A stretch of 64,000 nucleotides of DNA from Eledone cirrhosa (taxonomy: Eukaryota): the NCBI GenBank assembly GCA_964016885.1, contig OZ024746.1:28520001-28584000 (forward strand), in the 5' to 3' direction. The translations under genes and the position numbers were made by a program. Positions within the stretch are counted from its first letter, which is position 1. Every line of letters begins with the position of its first letter. This document shows, piece after piece, positions 26,871 to 40,295 of the stretch. The notes under the pieces were generated by a model that worked only from the letters and a program-made list of their open reading frames with translations, was not told where the DNA came from and ran no database searches.

Positions 26871-27717
26871 TCTTAAGTGTGTAGACGCAGCAATGCCAAA
26901 TGATTAAGAAGTTCGCTTCACAATCATCAGGTCCCAAGTTCGATTTCGCGGCATGGCATCTGTGATAAGTGTCATTTACTATAACCTCGTGTCATCGTGC
27001 CTTGTTAATGAAATTGGGCAAACAGAAACTGTTTGAAATCACGTAGAATGAGCTGTACCTGTAACTCAATAGGCCAGCTATGTCTTAGACGTGTCTGTGG
27101 AATTGTAAATCACACGAATGTAAATTTCCTGACCAGGTTGTTCCGTTGATTGAGTATCTGTATCACTCATCGTTTAAATCAACAGACGTCTATTTCATTG
27201 GAGTTCTAAATTATCGATGATTCATTCCTAAATGTACACTATCGTATTGAAAATCATTTATATGTAGAAATACAAATATTTGCTTTATATAATTTAATGA
27301 GAATAGGACCGTCAGTCACAATGTAATTTCAAAAATTTGTGGCATTTATTAATAATAACTATTTCATTGATTATTATGGAGCGTTTTCAGATAACATTTT
27401 AAAACAGTTTTAGAATCAGAGGAGGTTTTAATAGGTTTTATTTTAAAAAGATGGAACGAGTTAACCTTTCTATTTAAAGAACAACACTGTTTATACTTTA
27501 CAAGTCACTTAAAAAAACTTACAAAACCTTGGAAAGATTTAGTAATATGACTAACTTTCTTCGAATGAAATTAATAAAAGTTCTGTGTTGTGTTGTGGTG
27601 CATTGTGTTGTGATGTGTTATACTATTTTTTATGTTGTGTTCTGTTGTATTGAGATGTGTTGTATAATATGAAATATTGGCTAAAGATCTCGAAGTGTCA
27701 CAGCCCATTGTTAAGTG

Positions 27718-27787
<70 letters not shown>

Positions 27788-27793
<6 letters not shown>

Positions 27794-28026
27794 GTGAGGT
27801 TTTTTTACAAAATGAAAAATAACCGAGGTGTCCTACACGAGTGAAAGTATAAGGAAAAAAGATGAAATCGAAAATGCAACTGGAGTCTTATTTTTAAAAA
27901 AATATATATATTTATTTGGTTCCTTTACCGGTTTCGCAGTTCTTCTGCTTTTCAAAAGTAGAGTTGAGATGGAGGGTCTGTGGTTTTTCTCACATCTCAG
28001 GTGTGAGAAAAACCACAGACCCTCCA

Positions 28027-28031
<5 letters not shown>
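27788..28031 (-). mobile_element. short PLE-type element in (TA)n with terminal 30-bp hairpin and decayed hammerhead (27923-27958)
   Basis: Reverse complement CTT TTGAAAA GCAG aagaa CTGC GAA ACCGGT A AAG, then AATAAA. Hairpin TGAGATGGAGGGTCTGTGGTTTTTCTCACA / TGTGAGAAAAACCACAGACCCTCCATCTCA. Confidence 0.65.
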
Positions 28032-28103
<72 letters not shown>

Positions 28104-28311
28104 GTATATATGTATGTATATATGGCAAAGGCAGGTGAGTGCGTCGTTTTGATAAAAGCCAAGCAGCGAGGAACAGCTGTCAGCCTCTCTCCCAGCGTTT
28201 GCCGAAAATAGGTAAGTGGTATAATCAGTACTTTAAAACTGATAGCGAATGGTCTTCTAAATGTTTTTCATTAAACATACGGTATATTGCCAAATATACT
28301 ATACATACATT

Positions 28312-28360
<49 letters not shown>

Positions 28361-28570
28361 CGAAGGAAGATGGGTAAGGAACCAGATGGACATATATATA
28401 TACTGCACACACGTATACATAGAAAATATTTCTCTACACGCGGCCCATCAGTATTGTGTACTCCTTCACACATTCCGTTAATGTTTGTATGTTTTAAATA
28501 TTACAGTATTTTAAACACATAGTCTAACATGTATATGTATACACACACATAGACATATATAAATATATAT

Positions 28571-28642
<72 letters not shown>

Positions 28643-28700
28643 GTATATATATATGCATATATGTACACACACACACACACACGCATATGTATATACATAC

Positions 28701-28751
<51 letters not shown>

Positions 28752-28939
28752 AACGGAAAAAATGAAACGAAATTTCATTTCCCACTCTTAGTACGGCTGT
28801 TACTTAAATATAAGTATGTACACGTACATACATATATGTATACAGACGAACAGTACTATGTATATATATATACATACATGCACACATATATATATGTACG
28901 TATGGATTCACCGAACATTTATTATAATGCTCGGTGTAT

Positions 28940-29030
<91 letters not shown>

Positions 29031-29035
29031 TATAT

Positions 29036-29144
<109 letters not shown>

Positions 29145-29359
29145 AATATATATATATATACATATGTATATGTTTTTATCCATATATATATATACATATA
29201 TATATGTATAGACATATGTATAGATGTATATACAGTTAAATTCCTATTGAAATACCCCTACCAATATATTCTTAATGAGGTTCTATTGTGAAATTATGTT
29301 CCTTGCGAAAAATACATACTTTTTAAAAATTAAATAACATTTCTTTTCATTAAAAAATA

Positions 29360-29567
29360 CACCACCACCACTTCCCCCACCATCACCTCACCACACTATC
29401 ACCACTACCACTGCCACCACCTTCACCCCACCACACTATCACCGCTACCACTGCCACCTTTATCACCCCTACTCACCATCAACACTACCACGTCTAACAC
29501 CATCAATAACTTTACCACCACAAGCATGATTGCAATCATCATCACAGCCAACACCACCACCACCACC

Positions 29568-29614
<47 letters not shown>

Positions 29615-29640
29615 AACCACTGCTACTATCAACAACAACC
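29360..29640. repeat. (ACC)n/(ACT)n trinucleotide low-complexity tract
   Basis: Direct inspection. Confidence 0.85.
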
Positions 29641-29829
29641 AGAATAGTACATTACTAACACTGCAGCCACCAAAATCAGCCCCGCCCTCAACAAAACAAG
29701 CACCATCTCAACCACGTCCACTGCGCTACCATCACCATAATTATCCCAACTACAACAACAAAAATAACAGTTTAAATAATAAACTCACAGAGTGGTATGT
29801 AACACATCTCGAGCGATTCAGCAAAAATA

Positions 29830-30105
29830 TAATAATTGTTTCTACTTTAGGCACAAGGCCAGCAATTTGAAGGGGAGGGGGAAAGTCTTTATATTGATTC
29901 CAGTGCGTTACTGGTATTTTATTTTATCGAGCCCGTAAGGATGAAAGACAAAGCTAACCTCGGCGGGATTTGAACTCAGACCATAAAGGGCGTAACTCTA
30001 TGCTGGAAAGCATGGCGTCCGACCCTTAAGACTCAGGAATTTAAGGAGCCATAACTCTATGTTGCAAAGCAGGATGTCTGACGCTGAACCGATATTGCCA
30101 ATCTA
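29830..30105 (-). mobile_element. SINE family A plus duplicated head fragment
   Basis: Reverse complement of family A (long-spacer variant), followed by a second degenerate 5' part. Confidence 0.8.
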
Positions 30106-30211
30106 CCGAATAATAATGATAATGGTTTCTGATTTTATGAATAAGGCCAGCAATTCGAAGGGATGGGGAAGTTGATTAAATCGATCCTAGTGTGTTAAAT
30201 CGATCCTAGTG

Positions 30212-30345
30212 AGGGCGCATGGCTTAGTGGTTAGAGCATTGGGCTTGCAATCGAAAGGTTGTGAGTTCAATTCTCGGACCAGGTGATGTGTTGTTTCCTT
30301 GAGCAAGACACTTTATTTCACGTTGCTCCAGTTTACTCTAGAAAT
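30212..30345 (+). mobile_element. tRNA-derived SINE family B
   Basis: GGCGCATGGCTTAGTGGTTAGAGC (A-box)...GAGTTCAATTC (B-box)...CCTTGAGCAAGACACTTTATTTCACGTTGCTCCAGT. Related minus-strand copies at ~33490-33610, ~34505-34640, ~35155-35275 and ~36130-36255. Confidence 0.75.
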
Positions 30346-30519
30346 GAGATGATAGGACTAGGGTCCCTATCATTAAATCAGCCAAGACACCTCCAACGAG
30401 CTGTACCTTGGAGGAGGCCAGCTAAACCTTCATAGGTGTGAGCATACGGTGTGTTACAGGTTCTTTATGTTATCGACCCCGTAATTAATTTTTAATTTGT
30501 AGGACATTTAATGAGTTTA

Positions 30520-31330
30520 AGAATTTGTATTCATGTCCTTGGAATGGCGCATTTCCTTCTCACTGACTTGTGTCATTTTGGTGACCATATAATCTGAGCA
30601 GCTCTAGATGATGTTTATGTTATTTTTATTGAATATCTCCTTTTTGGAAATGTTTTGATTATCATAGAGAGAAAAATCATTGAAAAGTTTGCTCTATACA
30701 CTATTGCATCAGATAATTCTCCACTTGGGGACAGACTTAAGGAGCTTACCAAGCCTGACACAGTGTCTGCCAGTAATAGGTGGTTGAATTTGAACTCAGA
30801 TCGCATAAAGCTAATACACATATACCACAATTTAGCACCTCTTGTGTTGTAACAGTCCGTAACTCCACTGCTTCAGCGTTTTAATATAATTGCTGTCATC
30901 GAAATAATGAACAGAAAAGTTACCTCAAGAAGAATGTGAACTAAGAGCGCAGAGTACCAGAGTAAATAACGTAGTGGATGTAATTCGACTCCCTAATGAC
31001 TCCGCTATATCGAATGCTTTTTTCGGCAGGAACAAAGGAAAGGTGAGATACATCTACATAAAAAAGATATCAAGTACTATTACAATCCACAATGTATGGT
31101 TATATAGATTTCACATAAAACATATCTCTATATGTTGTTCTATTCTCTCACTGTCAGCTGGAAAATCAATGGACTTTCCAATTGTATTTCAAAACCATTA
31201 AATTTGCTCAAAATACTAAATAAAGCTTGTGCATTTCCGAATGATTCATTGTATTGTGTCGTACATAGTAACTTTAAATCAGTCCCAGTATCATTATTCT
31301 ACAAAGAAACCAAACGAACTTATGAGCTGC
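30520..31330 (-). pseudogene. highly decayed Naiad-type PLE fragment
   Basis: Reverse-complement frames give LSSHSS...NYIKTLKQWSY, AKLWY, IIKTFPK and EIFNKNNINII*SC, in the same order as ISNLSS...[17 protein letters not shown] and [13 protein letters not shown] in the 56.5-kb ORF. Confidence 0.4.
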
Positions 31331-31979
31331 CGACAAAAGCCTAAATTCCTTCTGGATAATTTCAAAACATATACATTTGACGTATAATAAAAGAAATTGA
31401 TATACCCGTGATTATTTGAAAACGAATAAAATGTGGTTTAAACCATTATTAGTTGGTTGTTCTCAAGTATCCCATAGATACAGTCGAGCAAAACATCGAT
31501 TGAAAGAAAATGTGCATTGGATGATGTGTAATAATCCTCTTTAACCAATGTATGAATAAATATATATCAGATTCTAGACATTTCTAACACGGCTTTGTAT
31601 TGAGTACTTTTATATGATTGTGTTCTACAACATAGAACGCAAACCATTTCTCTCACCACCACTTTCTATCTCTCTCCCAATATATATATATATATATATA
31701 TGTGTCTGTGTGTGTGTGTGTGTGTGTGTGTATATGGGTATATGTATAAGTGTATATGAATGTATATGTATGTATATCCATATATATGCCTGTGTGGATG
31801 TATGTACATATAGATACATATATACATACACACACATACACACACACACACACACACATATATATCTATATATATATATATATATATACACACACAAGTT
31901 TGCGCTATCAGGAAAATGAAAAAAAAATAGAAATAACAATGGAGACTCGTACATCAACACATACACACAACACACACAC

Positions 31980-32052
<73 letters not shown>

Positions 32053-32203
32053 ATCTATCTCTATCTCACACACACACACACACACACTCATACGACATCA
32101 CACAGAGTCCGCACCAATATATACATATTCATGCAAATGTCAGCTTGCATTGTCTCATATATTTATGTAAATGCCAAGGACTTCAGACAAGCGAATACAA
32201 ACA

Positions 32204-32285
<82 letters not shown>

Positions 32286-32452
32286 CATGCATATACATGT
32301 ACATAGAGAGATAGAGAGAAAGAGACATGGATAATATATATATATATATATATACTTTCCCATACATACGTATGTGTGTTTCTATATTTATATTAACTAC
32401 AACTAAGTATATATGATATATATATGTGTGCATATATATATATGTATGAATG

Positions 32453-32602
<150 letters not shown>

Positions 32603-32732
32603 TAAACCTGAACCGATTCTACCAACCATTACCACTTTCCTCTCTGAATATATCGATATCCAACCTCAATTTTCGATAAATAATGACGATATCTTTACAG
32701 ATCACTAACTAGTCACTTTCAGCCATCATGGT

Positions 32733-32766
<34 letters not shown>

Positions 32767-33995
32767 CCAGCAACAGCTACAACAGGAACAACAACAACTG
32801 CATGAACAACTTGTTGAATTTGGACTTTTTGTTACTATTTCTATTATAAATAATTGTTTCTGATTTAGGCTCAAGGCTAAGTGTATATGGAGAATGCTCA
32901 GGCACTTACACGTTAATGTCATGAGTAGCTGGGTCTTTTTTTTATCAAACAGCTGGAATACTCATCGACGCAACCAACGGAGATCCATTTCACATCTGTA
33001 TATATGACGAACCACACTGTTAGTTACATTATGTATGTTAGAAAAAAAAGCGCCAGGGGCGGTCTTTTCCTGCTAGTAATTAAAACAATAGTTTAATTAA
33101 TCTAATTGACTAATATTGTATTTGTATAATTATTTCTAATTAGCTCTTTAATGTTCGGTACATTAAATATATCTTAACACAAACTTAACTCTTATTTTTC
33201 AGGCGGGTGGTTTTTCCGGGTAATTTTCTCCAATAATCTGTATCTTAATTTGCGACATCAGATGTTTTTGCTAGAAATTTAGTGCTTTGCTTTTGCAAGA
33301 CCTCCTATTTCGACGACGATTGCTCCAACTTTTCGAACAACATAACACCTTGCTCATGAAATTAACGGGTAAGTAGCTGAGTATTCCACAGGCACGTGTA
33401 ACTTTGCCGTAGTTATTTTTGATGTTATGTTTGGCACATTCTGTTTCATGGTTGTTCTTTTGAATTGCAGACACAACTCATTTTTGCCAGCTGAGTAGAC
33501 TGGGGCAACGTGAAATACAGTTTCTTGCTTAAAGACACAACTTACAGCCTAGAATCACACTCGTGGGATTAACGATCAAGTGCCGAGTAACCTAACCACT
33601 TAGCTACCTACCTTCAAGGGTAAGTTCCCTATTGACTATTTATCAGTCTTATTTCTTTCATCTTTTTTCTATATAACATCTCTTTCGTCCTCATTCTCCA
33701 TTGTAGCCTCGAACAATCGTTATTCCATTGTTTCCTTATATAATTTGTTTCTAGAATACTACAAATGCTTCTAACCTACGATTATTTCTTATACTGTCTG
33801 AAAGGCCCTCAGCTCTTAACACCTTGTCATAATTTCGTAGAAAATATATTAAAAAAGTCTATTTAATTAAAAAGATTATATTATCTTTACTATTATACAG
33901 ATTGTTGCGAACATTTACTTAATGAAAGTAATGACTTTAATATTCAGTGTTATACTATCAATTATGCGGAAGATACGTATATATGGTTATTATTT

Positions 33996-34096
33996 GAGGT
34001 TAACTTTGCCTTTAATCCTTATAGGGTCGATAAAATAAAGTACCAGTAATCTACTGGGTAATTGCTGGCCTTGTGCCAAAAGTAGAAACAATTATT
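33996..34096 (+). mobile_element. SINE family A, 5'-truncated
   Basis: GAGGTTAACTTTGCCTTT...GGCCTTGTGCCAAAAGTAGAAACAATTATT. Confidence 0.85.
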
Positions 34097-35838
34097 TAAC
34101 TCTTAACACAATGTGATGATTTACCAGAAAATATCTAAAACCACATTTGTTAATTCAAATGTTTATAATATCTTATAAGATGGCCACATTGTTATATCAA
34201 TTTGCAGTATTAGTGACTTTAATATTTAATACAATGCGGTCTTAGTGCTGCTTTGTACTATTCCAGAATTGATTGCTAATGTGGTTTCATGTGGTACAAG
34301 ACATTAATAGTTAATATGTTTGAACTATGAATGAATTAAGTAAATTTTAAACCTATTGGGCCTTATTGAGAGTCATGCAACCTTTGTGTTTGTAGAAATA
34401 TTTCTGGAACATATATGTACCCATAACGTAACGTCCATGGAGATTCTGCTTGAAACAATGTAAGGCGACTCCGGCCCTTTAAAATATACTGGTACAACTC
34501 CTTTTGTCAGCTGAATGGACTGGAGAAACATGAAATAAAGCGTCTTAATCAAGGACACGACGCGTCATCTGGGGCTGGCAATCGAGCTTACGATCGTGCA
34601 ATCGTGAACCCATCACTTTAACTGCTAAGCCACCTGCCTTAGAAATGATACAGTCATTAAGAAGTTAACTTCGCAAGAACGAGAATTTGGGTTCGATCCC
34701 ATTGCATAAAATGTTGCGAAAATATGTTTATCATAGACTCAGGTTGATCCAAAGAGTGGAAATAGGTAGATGGAAATATTACGGAAGCCCATCAAATGGA
34801 TTATAAGTCAAAATATACCACATATTGTCTCATACTCAGAATGACGTCAATGGTACACGTGAATGTAAGAATAGTCGACCGCTTACATGTTAATTAATAT
34901 GGTGGACCATTAGCTGATTGATTGACTCGCTGTTCAACGTCGAACCCGACGGATGACCCGTCATCAACAGCTAGGCGAAGAGGACTATAAAGTGGGAAAT
35001 GTTTAACCGAGGAACTATGAATAAACGGGAAAAACCCGGTATAATTCACTAATAATCCGGCAAACTCTAGATCCAAGAAACAATTATCAAGGGATCATTC
35101 CGTGTACCAGTCTGTCTAATGACTTAAGCTCCCAGATACCACTGGTACTCATTATAAGCTGAGTGGACTAGAACAACGTGAAAAGAAATGCCTTGCTTAA
35201 GAAAATAATGCGTCTCCGGTTCTTGGAATCGAACCCATGACATAATTATCGGGAGTCTATCAGGCTCACCACTTTTCACGTCCCTCCAGGTTTACTAAAC
35301 TATAGTATATATAAATTACACTTTATAGTGACATTATGTAATGTAATAATTATACTAAAGGCTCAGTATTTCCTGTTTCTATATACATCTAAAATGACAT
35401 TAAGATGTCCTTGCTAAATTCGCAGTTATCTTTATGGCAATTTCTAAAGTTAAAACCGGTGTTAGCATTTATTCATTCTCAGTAAGAATTCTCAAATGCT
35501 TACAGTGATCTAATCGATTTTCTCTTCATTTGTACCGCTAATGCCTTTAGAAAAGCCGTGAATGATGTGAATGATTTAAATCTCTCTACGTCTCCATTAA
35601 AATTCTAAAGCTTCATGACAACCTTGCAAAGACAAGAGGATAACATAACTGTATAGATATATGCACACTAAGAGGGTGTCATTATAAGCTATTGCCTTAC
35701 ACTATATATTCAAAATTATTATCACAAAGATTTCTTAACCTCATCATTTAGCTATGCATCCTACAATACGCTATATGCATTTTCTTGCAAAGTGTTGTAT
35801 AAATTTCTACAAAATCCTATATATATTTCTGCAGAGTG

Positions 35839-35890
<52 letters not shown>

Positions 35891-36885
35891 ATTATATATA
35901 AACAGGTATATATATTTCTACTAAATCCTCTATATATTCCTGCAAAATCTTATGTATACATAAATATTTTCACATTGTGCTGTACATAAATTTCTACAGA
36001 GTGCTATATACATTCGATTCCACTGAGCATTTAAAAAACTCGATTTGTATAACGTTGACGATAACATTTCGGTTTTATATCACATCTAAAAGTGTGCTAA
36101 ACTTCCTTGAACAGGTCCAAGTCATTTTTCCCAGCTGAGTTGACTGGAATGATGTGAAATAAAATATCTCAATCAAGGATACACTTCGCTGTCGGGGATC
36201 AAAGTCACGACGTTTTGATAGTGAGCCGAACGCATTGACTACGAAGCTAGGCAGATTCACACCTATTCATTTCATTCTATCAAATTATGAGACCCCAGTA
36301 ATGTAGAATCCCATGATATCAATGAATGATATTTCGTAGTCTTTTTCATCGGATTTTCAAATATCGAAGTACCATAGCTGCAATGAAATTTATTTGGCAA
36401 CCCGTCTAGGAATATTAACTTGTGAGCAACAGATATAAATAAGAGCCCTGAGATAATAGATGTATATAGACAGAAAGGAAAGGATGGATAGAGATTCTAG
36501 GAAGACTAGAGAAAATTACATAATCAGCAAAAGGGAATTTAATCGAATAGACAAATAGAATCTTGCTCAGATGCTTCGAACCTTTTTAATTATAAATATT
36601 TAGAATAGAAGCATTTATCTTCTATTGTCAGGGAAAAAAAACCCTAAAGGAAACTTAATCCAGTCGCTCAGTCAACTACAATTGAAGTCAACACTTCTTT
36701 AATGTTTACTCTACTATCTTAATAATAGTTGGTTATAACGAATAACGTAATATAGAATATGTTTATTTCTCGTTTATATATTTAGTTAATTTAAACATCC
36801 GTGTAGAGCTGGTAAACCATGAGCGACTGCATGTTATCTATGACCCTTTATATATAGTTGGTATGACTGACTGGGGTATATATAT

Positions 36886-37072
36886 AATTGTTACTACTTT
36901 TGGCACAAGACCAGCAATTATACCAGTGTATTATTGGTACTTTATTTTATTGACCCCATAAGGATGACAGGCAAAGTTAAACTCGGCGGGATTTGAACTC
37001 AGACAATAAAGGACCGTAACTCTTTGCTGCAAAGCATGGCGTCCGACCCTCTACAGATACTACCAATCCACC
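36886..37072 (-). mobile_element. SINE family A inserted in a ~50-bp degenerate minisatellite
   Basis: Reverse complement of family A, with ATATATAAT on both flanks. Confidence 0.85.
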
Positions 37073-38922
37073 ATATATAATACCACTTATATACAGCTTA
37101 TATGTCTTGACAGGCGAAGAAGTGTATCTAGTACCATTTATATATAGGTGGTAAATGATTATAGCTGGTATGCCATGACAGACTAGGAGAAGTATCTAAT
37201 ACCCCATATATATATATAGCTGGCATGACGCAACTGACTGGGGGAGGTATTGAATACCTGTTATAGTTAGTATGACATGACAAACTAAGTGACGTATCTA
37301 ATACCCCTTATAATTAAGAAGCAAAAACATAAGAGACAGGGGATGGAAGAAAAAATAAGTATAAAGTAAAAATCAAAGACAGCTAGAAAACAGTTAAATG
37401 ATTTTGTTGTTTTCGTAATCTCCACGCTCTGTAATTTTTTTTATTATAGTTGGTAGTTCCTTGACAATATATTGTAGCCTCCATGTATTGGAAAATCTTG
37501 TTTATAGTCGGTTTATCATTGATAATATACTGCACATCCAATTTGGGTAGGTTTTTATGATGGCAAAAAATAATTCATAACTTTGAAAGTCGTTGAAAAA
37601 CTATTTGAGTTCGTCAGAGAGAAATATTTGTTCCTGGTGGAACAACCAGCAGAACAAGACTCGAGTAATTTAGTTGCGCAAAACAAATCTCAAAATCCCA
37701 AGGACGGTGTTTTCCACAATTATAAAACAAATACTGTCAAATAGCGTATTTAGAAAATGGTAAATGAACGTCGCTATATCAATACTAAAGACAACAATAA
37801 CAACAGTAGAGGCAAGACCAACATCTTCGAAACATGCTTCGAAACATGAATTATTATTAGCTCACTTGCTAACACCACAGTCCGTATAAAAGTCATCATA
37901 CAATTTGACGATCTTACACACTTCTAAATAACCCTTACAAACAGAATATAGACGATGAGAACAACAACAGCAATACTACATAACAATATAAATAGCATAA
38001 AGAATAACTTCATGGAATTAAAGTATTTCATTATAGAGCACGATATCCGTGTCACGATTATTCAGATAACGTTTACATAAATATAACACGCCACAATGAA
38101 TGCTACAAATTATACTCCGATAAGGATATACTCGTATAGTATGAGATAAAACAAAAGGAAACAGGGCCGCATAATGTACATACAATTATACATTCTCACC
38201 AGTTTGACTCCATCAGTTGTCAATGACCATGTCACTTATATGTATGAGAATAGCATGATAATAATATTGATAACATGACAATATTCAACTTATAATTAAA
38301 ATAAACATGTGTTATATGAAAGGTATATAACGCCCTTTGACATTACAGCATACCAATATCAAATTATAGATGTGAATAACAATGTTTTTCTTATTTATTT
38401 AAGCTTGTTTTATATTCGCAATAGCAATTCTGAGATAACAATATATGAAAGGCAAACATTAAGATATAAATCTATGATAGATAAATGGCGCCAAATATAG
38501 CGAAACAAATAACTCAGATGACATCAGCTATTCGAAAGAATAAATAAGATTCTGTAAATGAGAAACGTAAGAATAAAACTAATTCGCTAGATAGGTAACA
38601 TGAAATATTATCATCCTTAAAACATAGAATATCGACTTGACTTGATTCTTCTTAGAAATATATGATGGATGAATGGAGGAGGGGAAATGATAGTTTGTAA
38701 GCTACACATTCAGAAACATTGAACAGAAATTATATTCCTGGTCAGAAACATTGAATTGATATAAAAACAAGTAGAAATATAATTGAAAACAACTTGAAAG
38801 TTTTTTCTTATAGCAAATATGGATGAATTCGTGGCTGTGTTGTTGAAAATTTCGTTGTGAAGTGCCACCTATGAAGATACCTGTCGTATATATATGTACA
38901 AATACAGACACACACACTTGCA

Positions 38923-38955
<33 letters not shown>

Positions 38956-38959
<4 letters not shown>

Positions 38960-39032
38960 GAAAAGAGTCAGCACCCCGACGGCGGAGCTCCAGCCGATTC
39001 GACAGCTAGTTCTGAACTAGCTGTCGAAACAG

Positions 39033-39034
<2 letters not shown>
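38956..39034 (-). mobile_element. family W-related fragment with 15-bp fold-back, 3' half of a hammerhead
   Basis: TTCGACAGCTAGTTC-T-GAACTAGCTGTCGAA hairpin. Reverse complement reads GTC GAATC GGCTGGAGCTCCGCC GTC GGGG. Confidence 0.6.
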
Positions 39035-39075
<41 letters not shown>

Positions 39076-39103
39076 ATCAAAAGATGGTTAAAAGAGTTCC
39101 ATC

Positions 39104-39174
39104 TATTTTATTATGCGCATTTCAAAAACAAATATCATTATGCGATGACATTTGCGTTTTCGTCAGATAAAATA
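39104..39174 (-). ncRNA. type-I hammerhead ribozyme motif
   Basis: Reverse complement: TATTTTAT CTGACGA AAACGCAAATGTCATCGCATAATGATATTTGTTTTT GAA ATGCGCAT A ATAAAATA. Confidence 0.8.
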
Positions 39175-39272
39175 GGGAGACATGATATGAAGGTTAAAAA
39201 ACACTTTTGAATAGTGCACTATTAAAACTGCACTATTCACAAGTGTTGTTTAATCTTCATATCATGTCTCCC

Positions 39273-39343
39273 TATTTTATCTGACGAAAACGCAAATGTC
39301 ATCGCATGATGATATTTATTTTTGAAATGCGCATAATAAAATA
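39273..39343 (+). ncRNA. type-I hammerhead ribozyme motif
   Basis: 8-bp stem I TATTTTAT/ATAAAATA, CTGACGA, stem II AAATGTCATC/GATGATATTT, GAAA, palindromic stem III ATGCGCAT, AUA cleavage triplet. Confidence 0.8.
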
Positions 39344-39493
39344 AATGGAACTCTTTTAACCATCTGTTGATCTTATATATTATTTATACTCCAGTCCTAC
39401 AAACTGTAGAGTACTACTTATCCCATATCTGCATTGCTTTATTGTACTACAATAAAACTCACCTCCTACATATATATATATATATATTATAGG

Positions 39494-39552
<59 letters not shown>

Positions 39553-39662
39553 AAGGTTTAGCAAATAATGAAAAAGTTTCAAACTAAATTTTAAAAAATA
39601 AATTTTAATTGGTTGGACAATACATGCGTACCTTGGCGCCTTGTGCGTGAAGGAACGTATAT

Positions 39663-39714
<52 letters not shown>

Positions 39715-39921
39715 CACACACACATATGTTCTATATCCTAGATATAATCATGTTTTATACCACACTTTCAAAGGACTGTCATGCAACATTTGCAACCACC
39801 AAGAATATTTTTTCAAGTTTCTACTCATACCAGTCGGAACAAGTATAATTCGGTTTCTTTAACAAATGATAACAAACTTATGGTTTTGTTTTTTGTATAT
39901 ATATCTATATATCTCTCTCTC

Positions 39922-39979
<58 letters not shown>

Positions 39980-40295
39980 GGGAAAGAGGCAGGCAGATAC
40001 AGAGATATATAGATAGATAGATAGATAACTTTCTTTTTATTTGCCACCAGGGCATCAAAAAGTGGGACAAGTACAATGGGGGGAGTTTACATAAAAAGGC
40101 GTCCTCAATAAGGAGGAGGCAATAACAAGATATAAAAAATAATATATAAAACATAACAAAAATAAATTTAATAACAAAATCCTCAATAGGGAGGAGGCGC
40201 CTTGTAGGGTCGCACACACCCCCGAAAAAAGTGTGCAACCCTTCTCCTCAGGAGCACAGAGAGGGGGTGCTCCCTTGATCTTTCATCTTCCTCAC

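Larger units (their letters stand above)
39073..39469. mobile_element. fold-back PLE-type element (~145-bp arms) in (TA)n with a hammerhead in each arm
   Basis: 39073-39218 is the reverse complement of ~39229-39375. The right arm continues to AATAAA and (TA)n. Confidence 0.85.

Noticed and set aside
28123-28217. GC-richer island with GGTGAGT and AG|GTAAGT donor-like sites
   Set aside because: No acceptor, ORF or other support. It cannot be distinguished from a repeat fragment.
30212-30280. tRNA gene
   Set aside because: A/B boxes are present but there is no acceptor-stem closure. It continues into a SINE body seen in multiple copies.
37960-38200. Possible decayed LINE endonuclease N-terminus
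   Set aside because: Only faint resemblance (HDIRVTIIQ) with many stops; not supportable.
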